This document shows positions 1 to 13,290 of a stretch of DNA of 64,000 nucleotides, piece after piece. Numbering within the stretch: the first letter of the stretch is position 1; each line of letters begins with the position of its first letter. Both the position numbers and the translations under genes were made by a program. The DNA is from Octopus vulgaris (taxonomy: Eukaryota): positions 16,120,001 to 16,184,000 of the forward strand of contig OX597827.1 in assembly GCA_951406725.2 (NCBI GenBank), read 5' to 3'. A model generated the notes under the pieces. The model made no database searches, had not been told where the DNA came from, and was given only the letters and a program-made list of their open reading frames with translations.

Positions 1-256
1 TGCTGCCATCTTTAAATTACACACGCACACTTAAGACTGAGAAAATGTAGTTGTTTAGTCTCAAGTCAGCCAGTCCCAGAACAAAATATGTTCCATATGT
101 GACCATCCAGTCCATGTATAATCTACAATTCTTTTACTGGTTTGTTATAAGACTGTGTGACATGTATAAATATCTGTGTATGTGATTATATATATATATA
201 TACCCTTCCTCAATATACATACATATATATATATATATATATAATATATACCCTTC

Positions 257-340
<84 letters not shown>

Positions 341-767
341 TGAGGAAGGGTATTCAGCTATTGAGACAATATGCCAGGGTCGATAATGGTGCCTGGTGTG
401 CGTCTCCTCCCATCCCTGGCCTTACCAACTCTGGTGAAGCCATCATGGAAATCTGACATTAAATGATGATCTATAATGTTTTGTGTGTGGCCTTGACTCG
501 GGTGATGGTTGTAATTGAGCAACATTGTCCTGCAAGTGAGGTTGTTTGTTTCCAGTCTTTCAAGAAAAACTTGTCTGGTCATGAGCAAATATTGCCTTGC
601 ATAGAAACAAGTGAGGGATGATGACAAGAAAGGCAGATGGATGAGACAGATTTTGTCTGATCCATGCAAGCGGAGAAAATTGGATATTAAATGCTGATGG
701 TCCGCAAGCCTTGTCGAGATGTCGGTCATTACGTTTAAGTCAATTCTGTACCAGATGTTGAATCAAC

Positions 768-970
768 ACCGGTGGCACGTAAAAAGCACCAATCCGATCG
801 TGGCCGTTACCAGCCTCGCCTGGCACGTAAAAAGCACCCACTACACTCACGGAGTGCTTGGCGTTACAAAGGGCATCCAGCTGTAGAAACTCTGCCAGAT
901 CCCGGTCGAACCGTCCAACCCATGGTAGCATGGAGAACGGATGTTAAGCGATGATGATGATGATGATGAT
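768..970 (+). mobile_element. retroposon family 2 (GGCACGTAAAAAGCACC modules, (GAT)n tail)
   Basis: Shared body TTGGCGTTAGGAAGGGCATCCAGCTGTAGAAAC..CCAACCCATGCTAGCATGGAAAGCGGACGTTAAACGATGATGAT, seen in more than 10 copies. Confidence 0.85.
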
Positions 971-1543
971 CCACATCCCTCACCATAGCAACTATCACTA
1001 TGTTGTATACTTAGATGTATGTGTCTACATACTTATACATTTTTGTGTTGGTTCATACATGCAGTTGTGTGTGCACGTGCACAGCTGCACTCTATGAACT
1101 ATCTAATAATTCAAGGATGGCTGTGTAGTTAAAACGTTCTCTTCACAGCTATACAGTTTTATGTTCAATCCCATTGTGTGGCATTATGGGTTGGTGTCTT
1201 CTACCGCAGCCTCAAGTTAATCCATGTCTTGTGAGCGAAATTTTGTATGTAAAGATTGTATGGAAGTCTGTTGGAGGGATCCGGTTTTGAACGGCAGATT
1301 TAATCCTTCACTTTGTTTTGCACAACCCCCCACCCCTTAGCTCTTGGGTGACTTTAGCGAAGCACGCACTTGCAAGAATTTGGGTTAAGTCTTCAGTCTA
1401 ACCCCTTCTCACCAATGTTGGAGTCTTAGTAAAGGTGTAAGTAGTGCCCTTTGTTGTTTAACTATGTCAGTGGTGGCAAACCTTTTAGTTTGCTGTGTCT
1501 TAATTTTAGTTTCTTTAATAATCCTGTTATTGAAGTGTTATGT

Positions 1544-1790
1544 ATCATCATCATCATTGTTCGACTGTGGTCGAGACAATAGAATTTACTATGCTACGCC
1601 AGACTTCACGGTCCATCGTAGCATTACGGAGGTCCTGTTGCTGGATGCCTGTATCCCTGGAGATTACATCAGGGTAGGAGAGTGTGCCCCCTCAGGTATC
1701 GCGAGTAGATGGCTTCCAGAGGAGAAGATCAGAAATTGCCTCGTTTTCAGCTCTACAACAATGTCCAGCAAACTGGACTCATCTACCTTT
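1544..1790 (-). mobile_element. RTE-clade LINE 3' fragment
   Basis: Minus strand VQFAGHCCRAENEAISDLLLWKPS..RGHTLSYPDVISRDTGIQ..MDREVWR..EQ* followed by a (TGA)n tail; near-identical to 21762-22025. Confidence 0.85.
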
Positions 1791-1904
1791 CATAAGATGA
1801 CACAGGTGGTAGTTTCCCATATATTTGCATTTTGGTTGGATGACGCTTCCATGAGAGATTTTGAGCTCTCATGAGGAGGCGAGTGTAGGTTCCATCCACA
1901 TATA

Positions 1905-2323
1905 GGCGCAGGAGTGGCTGTGTGGTAAGTAGCTTGCTAACCAACCACATGGTTGCATGTTCAGTCCCACTGCGTGACATCTTGGGCAAGTGTCTTCTGC
2001 TATAGCCCCGGGCCGACCAATGCCTTGTGAGTGGATTTGGTAGATGGAAACTGAAAGAAGCCTGTCGTATATATGTATATATATATATATATATATAAGT
2101 GTGTATGTGTTTGCGTGTCTGTGTTTGTCCCCCTAGCATTGCTTGACAACCGATGCTGGTGTGTTTACGTCCCCGTCACTTAGCGGTTCGGCAAAAGAGA
2201 CCGATAGAATAAGTACTGGGCTTACAAAGAATAAGTCCCGGGGTCGATTTGCTCGACTAAAGGCAGTGCTCCAGCATGGCCGCAGTCAAATGACTGAAAC
2301 AAGTAAAAGAGTAAAGAGAGAGT
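1905..2323 (+). mobile_element. SINE family 1 (tRNA-derived head, central (TA)n(TG)n, AAAAGAGT-repeat tail)
   Basis: Pol III A/B-box-like TGGCTGTGTGG..GTTCAGTCC head; about 20 near-identical copies in the window. Confidence 0.92.
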
Positions 2324-2529
2324 ATATACTCTCTGAAGGTAGTTTCATTTTAACTGTTTTCCTGTCCCCTGTCATGTGTGATACTCAGGATATATTTCCC
2401 TGGCAACCATGCATCACATGATATATATTCCTGATTTTTGAATCATTGCAGTGATTTGAAACTTGATAAAGGAAACTTTGTTACTCAGAATGTATGAAAG
2501 AAAGGCTAAATGGTCTCAAAAATTTGTCT

Positions 2530-2934
2530 TGTGAAGAAAGGCTGAGGACGCTTGACCTTTATTCTCTAGAAAAACGCTGCCGCCGTGGTGATCTCATTCT
2601 CGCTCACAACATCATAAGCGGAAAGTGTAACCTCTCGAAAGAGCTGTTCTTCACTCCTGCTCCAGAGCGTCGGCTGCGGGGTCATTCCGAAAAGCTCTAC
2701 CTGCGACGATTTCATCTCAATCGAAGGAGAGGAGCTTTCTCCGTCTGGGTTGCGGATCCGTGGAACAAGCTGCCAGATGAGATGGTGAAGATGCCGACGA
2801 CTGCTTTGTTCAAAGTCTCCCTTGACCTCAAGTGGCCTGAACTCTTTACATGAACACCACCCTGTACTTAACTCCATTTCCCCCTACATGGCCTTGCTAT
2901 TTGCTTTTGAGCCAAAAATTAACTAACTAACTAA
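2530..2934 (+). mobile_element. CR1-clade LINE 3' fragment
   Basis: EERLRTLDLYSLEKR.RRGDLI..FF..LRGHSEKL..FS..V.DPWNKLP..FKVSLD is the CR1 ORF2 C-terminus; (TAAC)n tail. Confidence 0.9.
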
Positions 2935-3110
2935 AAGTTTAAAATCAAGCATGGACATTGAGGACAAACTCAACAAAGTGCTTTGGCCAGGCAAAGGGTT
3001 AGGTAAACACCTATAGATCTGCTTCTTGATTGAAGGGTGATTTGGTTGTTATTTCTAATAGGTTGTGATAATGGAGGTGTTGGTGCTGGCTTGTGCAGTA
3101 TTGTTTTTTT

Positions 3111-3523
3111 GGATCTTTTCGGTTTGAACGGCAGTTTTTTTCTAGTGGTGTCATATGAAATTGTCACCCATAATTATGACCCTAGAATCGATCTATTGCA
3201 TTTCAATCTGTTTTAGGGTTAGGGGTGGGGGGAAGGGTATCTCTTTTTCTTCAGAAATGTAAATAAACCCAATCTGTTTCTTAAACGAGGGACATATTCA
3301 TACGGCACAGAATGCTTTTTAACTCAATAGACATCATTGATTGGTTGAAATTGCAGAAATTGAAGGAAAAAAACAACAAATATCTTACAAACTATAGAAT
3401 TTTCTCAATAAAGCCAAGAGAAAAAGATGTTTTATAAACACATTCTACCAGTATACGAAGTTTAAAAGTGTTTAGTTAGGTGGAAATTATTTTAAAAAAC
3501 TGCCGTTCAAACCGAAAAGATCC
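3111..3523. mobile_element. ~415-bp MITE family A (30-bp TIR, 8-bp TSD)
   Basis: TIR GGATCTTTTCGGTTTGAACGGCAGTTTTTT / AAAAAACTGCCGTTCAAACCGAAAAGATCC; TSD GTTTTTTT/GTTTTTCT. Confidence 0.92.
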
Positions 3524-4102
3524 GTTTTTCTTTTTGTTATTGTTACATAAGAAATTTAGAATCACAGTAGATTTGTTTTTGATCCACTTTATACAACAGA
3601 AAACAAAAATGTGGTCCTAATGAATCTCTAGAAGAATTAACTTCATTTACTCCTGTGTCGAGAAGTGTGGAGGGTTTGATTTGGGATTCCAGATGGCTCT
3701 TGTAATCTTATTTTGTAATCAGGGGACAGTTTGTTTTTTCCATTCACTTTCGCTTGATCAAGAATGTTTTTGTGTGTTTGTGTGTGTGTGTTGGTAGGCT
3801 TTATTTACTTAATGCTTTCCCTGTTTTTTAATAAATGTGATTTATTGAAAATTATAGTAAATGCCATATTTTAATTTTTTATTTTATTGATATTTGGTGA
3901 TTTTTAAACAATGTGCAGTTGAAAGCTACGGTTGATTGAATCAATATGATGATGGCCTCTGGCCAACAGTAATCATTGTTGCTATCATCATCATCATCAA
4001 GATTATCTTCGATGCAGCTTAGACCCAAGTCAGTCTTAATTAAAATTAAGCAGAGCTATGATCAAAACCATTCAAAAAATAATTCTTTTTTTGTTTTTTA
4101 GA

Positions 4103-4502
4103 TACTGTTTTACTCTTTTACTTGTTTCAGTCATTTGACTGCGGCCATGCTGGAGCACCGCCTTTTAATCGAGCAACTCGACCCCGGGACTTATTCTTTT
4201 GTAAGCCCAGTACTTATTCTATCGGTCACTTTTGCCGACTGCTAAGTAACGGGGACATAAACACACCAGCATCGGTTGTCAAGCAATGCTAGGGGGACAA
4301 ACACACACACAAACACACACATATATATATACATATATACGACGGGCTTCTTTCAGTTTCCGTCTACCAAATCCACTCACAAGGCTTTGGTCGGCCCGAG
4401 ACTATAGTAGAAGACACTTGCCCAAGGTGCCACGCAGTGGGACTGAACCCGGAACCATGTGGTTGGTAAACAATCTACTTACCACACAGCCACTCCTGCG
4501 CT
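4103..4502 (-). mobile_element. SINE family 1
   Basis: Full-length reverse copy. Confidence 0.92.
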
Positions 4503-4987
4503 ATAGTGTACTCTGGACTACATTACCCAGTTTTTTTTTTAAAGACAATGATGGGATTTGTGGGAGATATTGCAGCTATTTCTAGCAAGTTATGTGACTA
4601 TGGAAAGGCTTCCTCATTGGCTTGTCTAGAGGTTCCTATTGCTGCCATCATAATGAGCATTGGGGGCATAGCCAACATAGCTGCCATTACTGTTCTCATT
4701 ATTGCTTTTTGCATCATCATCGATGACCTCATAAACCACATGGTCAGCACTGCACTAACTTGACCTCATTCTTTGTGATTTGCCATAAATTTGTACTTTA
4801 TAGTAAGAATTTTTTAACCCTGAAGCATTCACATTACTCTGTTAAATGTAATGCTTATTTCTCCACATTGTTTTGAATTAATCGTGCATTATCTTGTAAT
4901 TGAGATTTTGATGACATAACTGTAATTTTTTAGAACGATATCGTAGAATTGGTGTGAGAAACCATATCTAGCCTGTTTGAACATCAA

Positions 4988-5237
4988 CCCATTCGTTACT
5001 ATATTTATTTTGAGATGCTCTGTGTTTCTTCCAATTACTTTAAATGTAAAAATTTTGGCTCTCTCCATGATGCAAGTTAATTTACTGTAAAATAACTTAG
5101 TTAAAATCATTAAGCTATTGTTAGGAACATAAATTGTGACTAACATTTGGTGGAAGATTTTAATTCAAAACTTATGTAAACAAGACATTTGTACTACAGA
5201 GCCAGAGCCGGTTTCAGCATGGTTGGTAACGAAAGGG
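4988..5237. mobile_element. piggyBac-type MITE family B (reverse orientation)
   Basis: CCC(A)TTCGTTAC..GTAACGAAAGGG|TTAA termini; body shared with five other copies. Confidence 0.85.
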
Positions 5238-5331
5238 TTAAACTTCTGATTTCCAGTTTAATCCCAATTTCTCATTGTTTAATTCTAATTTCCCACTGTT
5301 ATGGGCTAATACTAATTTCTCATTCTCTTAA

Positions 5332-5552
5332 CCCTTTCGTTACCAACCCGGCTGAAACCGGCACTGGCCCTGTAGTACAAATGTCTTGTTGCCATAAGTT
5401 TTGAATTAAAATTCTCCACCAAACCTTAGTCACAATTTATGTTCCTAACACTAGCTCAATGATAACTAAGTTATTTTACTAAATTCTTTGTTATATTTTA
5501 AGTAATCGAAAGAAACACACAGCATCTCAAAATAAATACAGTAACAAAAGGG
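5332..5552. mobile_element. piggyBac-type MITE family B
   Basis: TTAA|CCCTTTCGTTAC..GTAACAAAAGGG|TTAA. Confidence 0.92.
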
Positions 5553-6186
5553 TTAAACTCTTCTCTCTGTATGGCGCATAGGCCATCGACTACTTTTCTC
5601 CATTGTTAACCCTGGGCTGTTTTTGCTGTCTCTTTCCTGTTGGATCTTTGCTTTTTCAGCTATTCCCTTTGGATTTTACTGTACTGTCAGCTGTTTCCTT
5701 AAGAGTAGGCCTTCCTCTCCCAGGTTTTGTTGGTTTTGAATTGTCATCAATGCTTTTGTAATTTTGTTACTTTTCTAGATAAGGGTGTTGGCCCTATGCG
5801 AATTGTTGTACCTCAGGGAAGAGGTGATCAATATTAGTCTGGTCTCTATCCTTTGATCTGCCCATCATGGAAGGTTCTATCAGGAGCTTGCACTCAACTA
5901 GTGTAGATCTCTCTGGGTTTATAGAGGTAAATAAGCTATTTATTTAGGACTAGACCTTTTGGTGGAATTTCTCATGGATTAATACTAATTTCTCATGGAT
6001 TATTATTAATTAGCAGGACTAGTGAATAGTTCATGGAATTAATGGTAAACTGATCGGGTTATTTTTGAAGACTTTATCCAAAAGACCCGAAAGCGTAGCC
6101 TTTGTCGTGTCTGTATCAAAAGACAGTTGCTCATTTGCTGATCATTGAAAAGTGAAGGAAATTGGAATACGATGATTACTTAATGC

Positions 6187-6226
<40 letters not shown>

Positions 6227-6412
6227 TACACACACACCTTTCCCTTCAGCTAATTACGTGAAAGCGTTACAGATGGGCTAAGTAATGGAAGAAAAAAAAA
6301 ACTTAAAAACTACACATTTCACTCACCACGTCTCCCTCCCCTCCTCCTACTCCATCCCTGCCATGCCCCTCCTCCTCAACTAATTACATAGAAGTGTTAC
6401 AGACGAGCTCAG

Positions 6413-6445
<33 letters not shown>

Positions 6446-6814
6446 TAATTATTCCCCATGGCTTAATTCTAATTTGTTGTGGTTTGATTCTAATTTCTCA
6501 GTTTTAGTACAGAGCTTTTAAAATTTAATTTTCAAAGATAATTTTCAACAACTTGCATTGAGCTGTTGCATTAATGACTGCATTTTTTATGAGTTCAAAT
6601 CTTTCAATCGATCTCCAATCCTGGGACTGACAATCAGATTGGCAGGCAGCTTCACAATGGTATGGGTTAGAATGTAAAGAAAAGAGTGTGTTTCAGGCTT
6701 CACAACAGTCATGGTGTTGTTTAACTTGCTACAAAAAGTCAATTCTCAAATCACACCCAACTGACTGTTGGACCTGGAGAAAAACAAAAAAAAAAAAAAA
6801 CAAAAAAAAAAACC

Positions 6815-6987
6815 AGGGGCAGGAGTGGCTGTGTGGTAAGTAGCTTGCTAACCAACCACATGGTTCTGGGTTCAGTCCTACTGCGTGGCATCTTGGGCAA
6901 GTGTCTTCTGCTTTAGCCCCTGGGCCGACCAATGCCTTGTGAGTGGATTTGGTAGACGGAAACTGAAAGAAGCCTGTCGTATATATG

Positions 6988-7018
<31 letters not shown>

Positions 7019-7218
7019 GTCTGTGTTTGTCCCCCTAGCATTGCTTGACAACCGATGCTGGTGTGTTTATGTTCCCGTCACTTAGCGGTTCGGCAAAAGT
7101 GACCGATAGTATAAGTACTGGGCTTACAAAGAATAAGTCCCGGGGTCGATTTGCTCGATTAAAGGTGGTGCTCCAGCATGGCCGCAGTCAAATGACTGAA
7201 ACAAGTAAAAGAGAGTAA
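6815..7218 (+). mobile_element. SINE family 1
   Basis: Full-length copy. Confidence 0.92.
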
Positions 7219-8719
7219 GGTCATAGGTGGAATTGCCTTTTTGATCACAGGACTGTCTTACCTGGGGCTAAATAACTAGAACATGATGCATAAACCCTGC
7301 TTGTCTCTGTTTGCATGCCTGGCACCTACTTGATTGCTGGTTAGTAGTAGAAAGGCAACAGCAGACTTGCAGCAGTCACAACAATATGCCACTCTGCAAA
7401 TTCATCCACACTAACTGTCCCACCCATGCAAAATATATAGAACATGAAAAATCAGAAACCAAATGTAAATTTCTTGTATGAATGCCAAAACATTGAACAA
7501 ACAAAAGATGAGAAAAGAAATTTCCTTATTTTGCCAATTCTTCATTGAGTTTGGCACAGGAAGCTGGTTTGCTTTCTCAGCAACAGATGATTCTTTTTGT
7601 TTGTTTTTTTATTTTGCTTCAGTTGTTGTTGTTGTTGTTGTTGTTGTTGAAGTTGATGACTTGTACAGTGTTCAGTTGTTTCAATGTTTAGAATGTAATG
7701 TGAAACTGCCATCTTTTAAACATCATTTAAAGCATAATTGCTGAATGTGATAACCTGTTAAGTGGGAGGTCCACGTCGGATGGGATTTTGTTTCCAGGTT
7801 TTATATATATAATCTAGCGTTCAGTTTGGGGGTGGCCACGCTCCTCTTTCTGCGAGGGACAAACATTTGAGCTGAACACATTGTAACTTAACAAAATGCA
7901 CCTACAGTGTTGCTGCTAGAGCCATTGAAAGAGCCTATGAATACTCTCTCATTGGCTCAACCGGCTAGAAATAGCAGCTAAATCTCCCTTAGATCAGACC
8001 TTATTGCCTTACAAAAGGATACATTAGATAATATTCTGGGTAAACTATTCCAGAAGAAAATTTGGTCCAAACCGTAATGGCCTTTGATTGTAGGATTGTC
8101 CACCCTTATGGGAGCTGTTGTGTTTGTGTGGCGGGGCTAAACAACAGCGACATAACAATGTTGTTGCTGTATTTGTTGGTATATTGTTTTTTCTAAGAGA
8201 TACTTTGGTGTTATTTCTGTTTGATGGCATATTGTAATAGCTTAGTTGGGCTGCATTGATGATAGAAAAAGGACCTTTGTCATGAAATATAATGCTAACA
8301 CTGGTGACAAGATAGAATTACCAAACCCTTTACATGCATTCCTATGATACTTTTCACTTGAAACTGGTTCAAGCCAAAGGGGAAGCTTCTACATAGTTGC
8401 TTGTTCTGTCAGAATTAGCAGCCAAATCTCCTGCAAATCACAACCTACTGTTTTTACAAATGCAAGGACACAAATAGTTCCTCAAACAAACTGCCTGGTC
8501 ATGGCTGGAATGCTTCTGATTGCAGAACTGCTTGATCAGGATACTTGTTTGCGAAAGTGTTGTAAATCTGATTGGGTGTTTAGTTCGAGTGACTTTTCAT
8601 TGGATCGTTTTTGTTTATGTTGGTAATTGATGGATATGGACTGTAGTCTATGTACAACTTATGATGATGCAAAAGTGTCTTTTTATTTATCTGTGTAGTC
8701 TTTGATATTTTTTTTTATA

Positions 8720-9060
8720 GCGCCGCCATGACTGGTTTCCGTGCTGGTGGCACGTAAAAAGCACCATCCGAATGTGACTGATGCCAGCGCTGCTTTGACT
8801 GGCTTCCATGCCGGTGGCATGTAAAAAGCACCGATCCGATTGTGGCCGTTGCCAGCCTTGCCCGGCACCTGTGCTAGTGGCACGTAAAAAGCACCCACTA
8901 CACTCACGGAGTGGTTGGCATTAGGAAGGGCATCCAGCTGTAGAAACACTGCCAGATCAGACTGGAGCCTGGTGCAGCCTTCTGGCTTCCCAGATCCCGG
9001 TCGAACCATCCAACCCATGCTTGCATGGAGAACGGACATTAAACGATGATGATGATGATG
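8720..9060 (+). mobile_element. retroposon family 2 (3 modules)
   Basis: As above. Confidence 0.88.
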
Positions 9061-9603
9061 TTAAGACATTGGGGACCCAGAGCAGTACTGGAATAGACCA
9101 TGAGAGAATGTGCAAATTTGCTTGACCTAGAAAAAAATATCACCGTGTTTCTCTCATCTCTACTGTTTTAAGAAAATAGTATGTTTTTGTTGAATGTGAT
9201 GGTTTGTTGTACTTTGGTGTTACTTCTTAGATGGGATATGATAGAGGTGATCCCTTTAGTCTGTCTGCCTTGTTGGTTGTATTACTGCTTTGCTTTCATT
9301 TTTATCCTGTAACAGACAAAAGCTTAGTACTGCCAATGAAACTCTTGTTGACTATATAGTATTCTTAGTGTTTCGAAGCACACCCACCTTGGGTCTTGTT
9401 TTACCTTCAAAGGAGGTTAAAAAAAAAAAAAAAAATTAGAGTTGCTAGTAGCGCTTTGTTACCATTGCTACTAACATTTTAACCATGAGAAACTAAAGTC
9501 AAATGGGTTGTTGCTGTGTGGTGGTGGTCGTGATGTCTTTGATGCTATTGGAGTATTTTGAATGGAGTATTTTTTCCACTTGTATATGAAATTCAATCTT
9601 TAA

Positions 9604-9824
9604 CCCTTTCGTTACTGTATTTATTTTGAGATGCTCTGTGTTTCTTTCAATTATTTTGAATATAACAAAGAATTTAGTAAATTAACTTTGTTATCATTAA
9701 GCTAGTGTTAGGAACATAAATTTTAACTAAGATTTGGTGGAAGATTTGAATTCAAAACTTATGAAAACAAGACGTTTATACTAAAGAGCCAGAGCCGGTT
9801 TCAGCCGGGTTGGTAACGAAAGGG
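9604..9824. mobile_element. piggyBac-type MITE family B (reverse orientation)
   Basis: TTAA|CCCTTTCGTTAC..GTAACGAAAGGG. Confidence 0.9.
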
Positions 9825-10224
9825 TTTTAAAACAGTTTTCTTTTTCTTTTCATTGAATTGACAGTAATGTGAAAGAAGGGTGTTAAATTGAAAGCATTGC
9901 TATCTTGGCTGTTTCATGGCCTGTACTAGAAGCAGAATGAGATGTCTGCAGTTGTTGTCATCACATTACTGCAACTTAGATGTTTATTGAATCAAGAAAG
10001 TGGGATGGGGGGGGGAAGGTTTATGTAAAAATAGCCCCCCCCCTCTCATCCTTCCTGAAGCTCAACTCCACTTTCAATGTATAAAGCAGATGAGATAAAG
10101 CTTCTCCTGAAAGTAACCCTGATCCATTGCAGGTAACACTCATTTGACCAAGTAGTTCGTTGGAATGTTGAGAATAACTGAGACAATGCAGAATATAGTA
10201 TTTTGCTCATAAAACACAACAAAA

Positions 10225-10632
10225 GGATCTTTTCGGTTTGAACGGCAGTTTTTTCTAGCAGTGTCATATGAAATTGTCACCCATAATTATGACCCTAGAA
10301 TCGATCTATTGCATTTAAATCTGTTTTAGGGGTAGGGGAAGGGTATCTTTTTTTTTCTTCACAAATGTAAATAAACCCAATCTGTTTCTTAAACGAGGGA
10401 CATATTCATACGGCACAATGTTTTTGACCTCAATAGACGTCACTGATTGGTTGAAATTGCAGAAATTGAAGAAAAAAAAACAACAAATATCTTACAAACT
10501 ATATAGAATTTTCTCAATAAAGCCAAGACAAAAAAGATGTTTTATAAACACATTCTACCAGTATACGAAGTTTAAAATCTTTTAGTTACCTAGAAATTAT
10601 GTTAAAAACTGCCGTTCAAACTGAAAAGATCC
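10225..10632. mobile_element. MITE family A
   Basis: Same TIRs and body; perfect 8-bp TSD CAACAAAA. Confidence 0.93.
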
Positions 10633-11057
10633 CAACAAAATTTCTACCGCTGATCTGAACTCTGAGCCAACGTGTGGTTGATTCAGCAGTTTATCCACTT
10701 GACCATGTCGACTGCATGGAGTGGGCTAGTTTTAGCACAGGTAATTTTGCTGTACAAACTTATCTTGTTTAGCACCTGGACTGCTTTGGCTAAAGAAAAA
10801 ATCTCTTGTTTTTTTTTAAGATAGAAGGGAGAAATTTGGTTGCTATTTCTAGCAGATCAAGCACCGTGTAGCAACTCCTTTGTTAGCACTTCCTCTCACT
10901 CAATATATAATCTATGGTGTCACAAAGAAACTAATGGAATACATTAGTTATGAATGGTTTTTCTAAAAGAAATTCTAGTTTGTTCTTATAAACAGTGTCG
11001 TTCATACATCAGTGGTGTTGTATGTTAGCTGCCTTGAATTTTGAGTTTTATCTATAA

Positions 11058-11447
11058 CTAGCAGTATCGCCCGGCTTTGCTCGGGTTTGTTTCGACCCCT
11101 TAGAATTGGAATTTTTGAAAAGTTAAAATTTTGCATTATGTAGCTTATTCTCTTTAAGTGAACATTTTTCTGGTTGAAATACACCGAAAAATGGCGATAC
11201 AGCAGTCAAAAAATCGTAAAAAATAGGGATTTTCATAGAAAAAAAAGCATTTTTTTGGTGTAAATAATTTTGGGTCTTAACATGGTCCGATTTGAATTTT
11301 TTCTTCTATGGAAGGAAGAGTAAGCCGCCTTCTATCATACTCTCAATTTTGGTCAACTTGCGCCGCAGGGTCTCGGAGGAGTTAGTGTTAGTTGAAGGCT
11401 ACCAAACCTGCCATACACAGACAACTTCAGCTTTATATATATAGAGA
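11058..11447 (-). mobile_element. non-autonomous Helitron (family a)
   Basis: On the minus strand: A|TC start, 3' hairpin CCCGAGCAAAGCCGGG, CTAG|T end, no TSD. Confidence 0.85.
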
Positions 11448-11992
11448 TTTCTGTTTTTTTCTTTCCCGCCATCGCACCACTTCCCAACTTGTTTGCATTT
11501 CGAGCATTTCCCCATTTAACACTCCCCACTCCTCCCATCCCAAACATGCTTCTGGGGTTGTTTTTTTGTTGTCTCTGGTTTTCTTCTCCTCTCCACATGG
11601 AATACAGCTTCTGTTATAGATTTAAAACCCTTTTGATTCTGACCCACCTGTGACCAGGTACTCGAACCACCTGTTTCAAAGTGTTCGTATTCAAATTAAA
11701 AAAAAAACTTTCCATTATGATTTTTATGTAAGAAACTTTTGTTATGCCACGAACACACCCTCACCACCCACCAAACCCTACCCCACCCCACCTGACACAC
11801 TGGTATTTTTGATTCCTTTCAAAATTATTTGAAACAATGTATTCATTCCATCAGAAATATGGGCATTGAAGTTTTGAAAATGCAGACATTGTCAAGTCTG
11901 TGTTTCTGACAACAGCTGTACTACCTTCATTCATAATTCATGTTTCTCAATGCATTTATAAAAAGGTAGGAGTGGAGGTGAGACGGACTTAA

Positions 11993-12214
11993 CCCTTTCG
12001 TCACTGTATTTGTTTTGAGATGCTCTGTGTTTCTTTCAATTACTTTAAATATCACAAAGAATTTAGTAAAATAACTTCATCATTACATTAAGTTAGTGTT
12101 AGGAACATAAATTGTGATTAAGGTTTTGTGAAATATTTTGATTCAAAACTCATGAAAACAAGACATTTGTACTCAGAACCAGAGCTGGTTTCAGCCGGGT
12201 TAGTAACAAAAGGG
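11993..12214. mobile_element. piggyBac-type MITE family B (reverse orientation)
   Basis: TTAA|CCCTTTCG..AACAAAAGGG|TTAA. Confidence 0.9.
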
Positions 12215-12570
12215 TTAAAGGATTTTTTTTTTTATTTAAAAAAAAAAATTCATTTTAGCATAAATTTATAAACTTCATTTGATTATGCTCACCTAGTATC
12301 TATCAAAAGCATTTCAGTTGAGACTATTTTGTCTTTATTTTCAGACAGTATACCTAGGATTACACTATCCAATGTGTCTTAAATGTTTTTTTTTTTCAGA
12401 GTACAGTGTGATTTGTGAGAAATGTAACTGCTGTTCTTAGCCAGTCAAGTGACTGTAAAATTTTACTCATTAGTTAGTTTGTCTAATTTGAGGTCCGGTC
12501 TTAATTGAGCTGACCTATGATCAACAGCATTTTGACTGTGAAAAACTTAGTATTTTAGGACTGTGTAGGG

Positions 12571-12845
12571 CATAGGTTCTCAAAGTGGGTGCTCCCCCCC
12601 GCCGGGTGGGCACTGGTGCCTAAGGGGGGTAGTAGAGAAAAAGGAGGCGCTGGGAAGAAGGCAGTGGATTGGGGGACGTTATGAATTTATTATATTATTA
12701 TTGTAGTATTGTATACAAGTTATATATTAAATATCAAATGATTCACAGTATATATAAATTAGTAAAATACATATTATTTATAAATAAAAATAGGGGTGGG
12801 GGTGGACACGAGGGGGCAGTATTCCAAAACGTTTGAGAACCTCTG
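12571..12845. mobile_element. hAT (Charlie-like) MITE
   Basis: TIR CATAGGTTCTCAAA / TTTGAGAACCTCTG; 8-bp TSD GTGTAGGG/ATGTAGGA. Confidence 0.8.
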
Positions 12846-13290
12846 ATGTAGGATAACAGTATCTAATGTATTCTTTCTAAGAAATAAGGTATGATTTGAG
12901 AGAGAATTGACTATTATGTCCAGCAGTTTGAGAAACCCTGCAGAGACATGCTAGTGTTGTCTATCAATGTATTTAGCTGGTGTTTTGAAGCAACAAAATC
13001 TCTTTAAAGAAGGAAATGATGGTACTTCCATTGTCTGAAATCATTGAGATGAACATTCCAGTATATTTTGCATATGGGGAATATTACCTTGTTTTGGAAT
13101 CATTGGTGGTGGTGGTGGGGTAGTTGGTGATGGGAAAGGCATCTGGCTGTAGAAAATCTTCCTCAGTAAATTCTGTCTGGCCCATGGAGAAGTGGGTGTT
13201 ACAATAATGCTATAAAAGGACAGTCTTGTGAGTTGAAAGTATGGAGAGCAAGGGTGATTTCAGACTGGTTCTTACCTAAAGGTCATTTAA

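Noticed and set aside
1783-2421. Recurrent ORFs MLGGQTQ.../MTTDAGVF.../MSSNARG...
   Set aside because: Chance translations of SINE family 1 copies, including their microsatellites.
3212-3238. Interstitial telomere (TTAGGG)
   Set aside because: Only two units, and part of the MITE A body in each copy.
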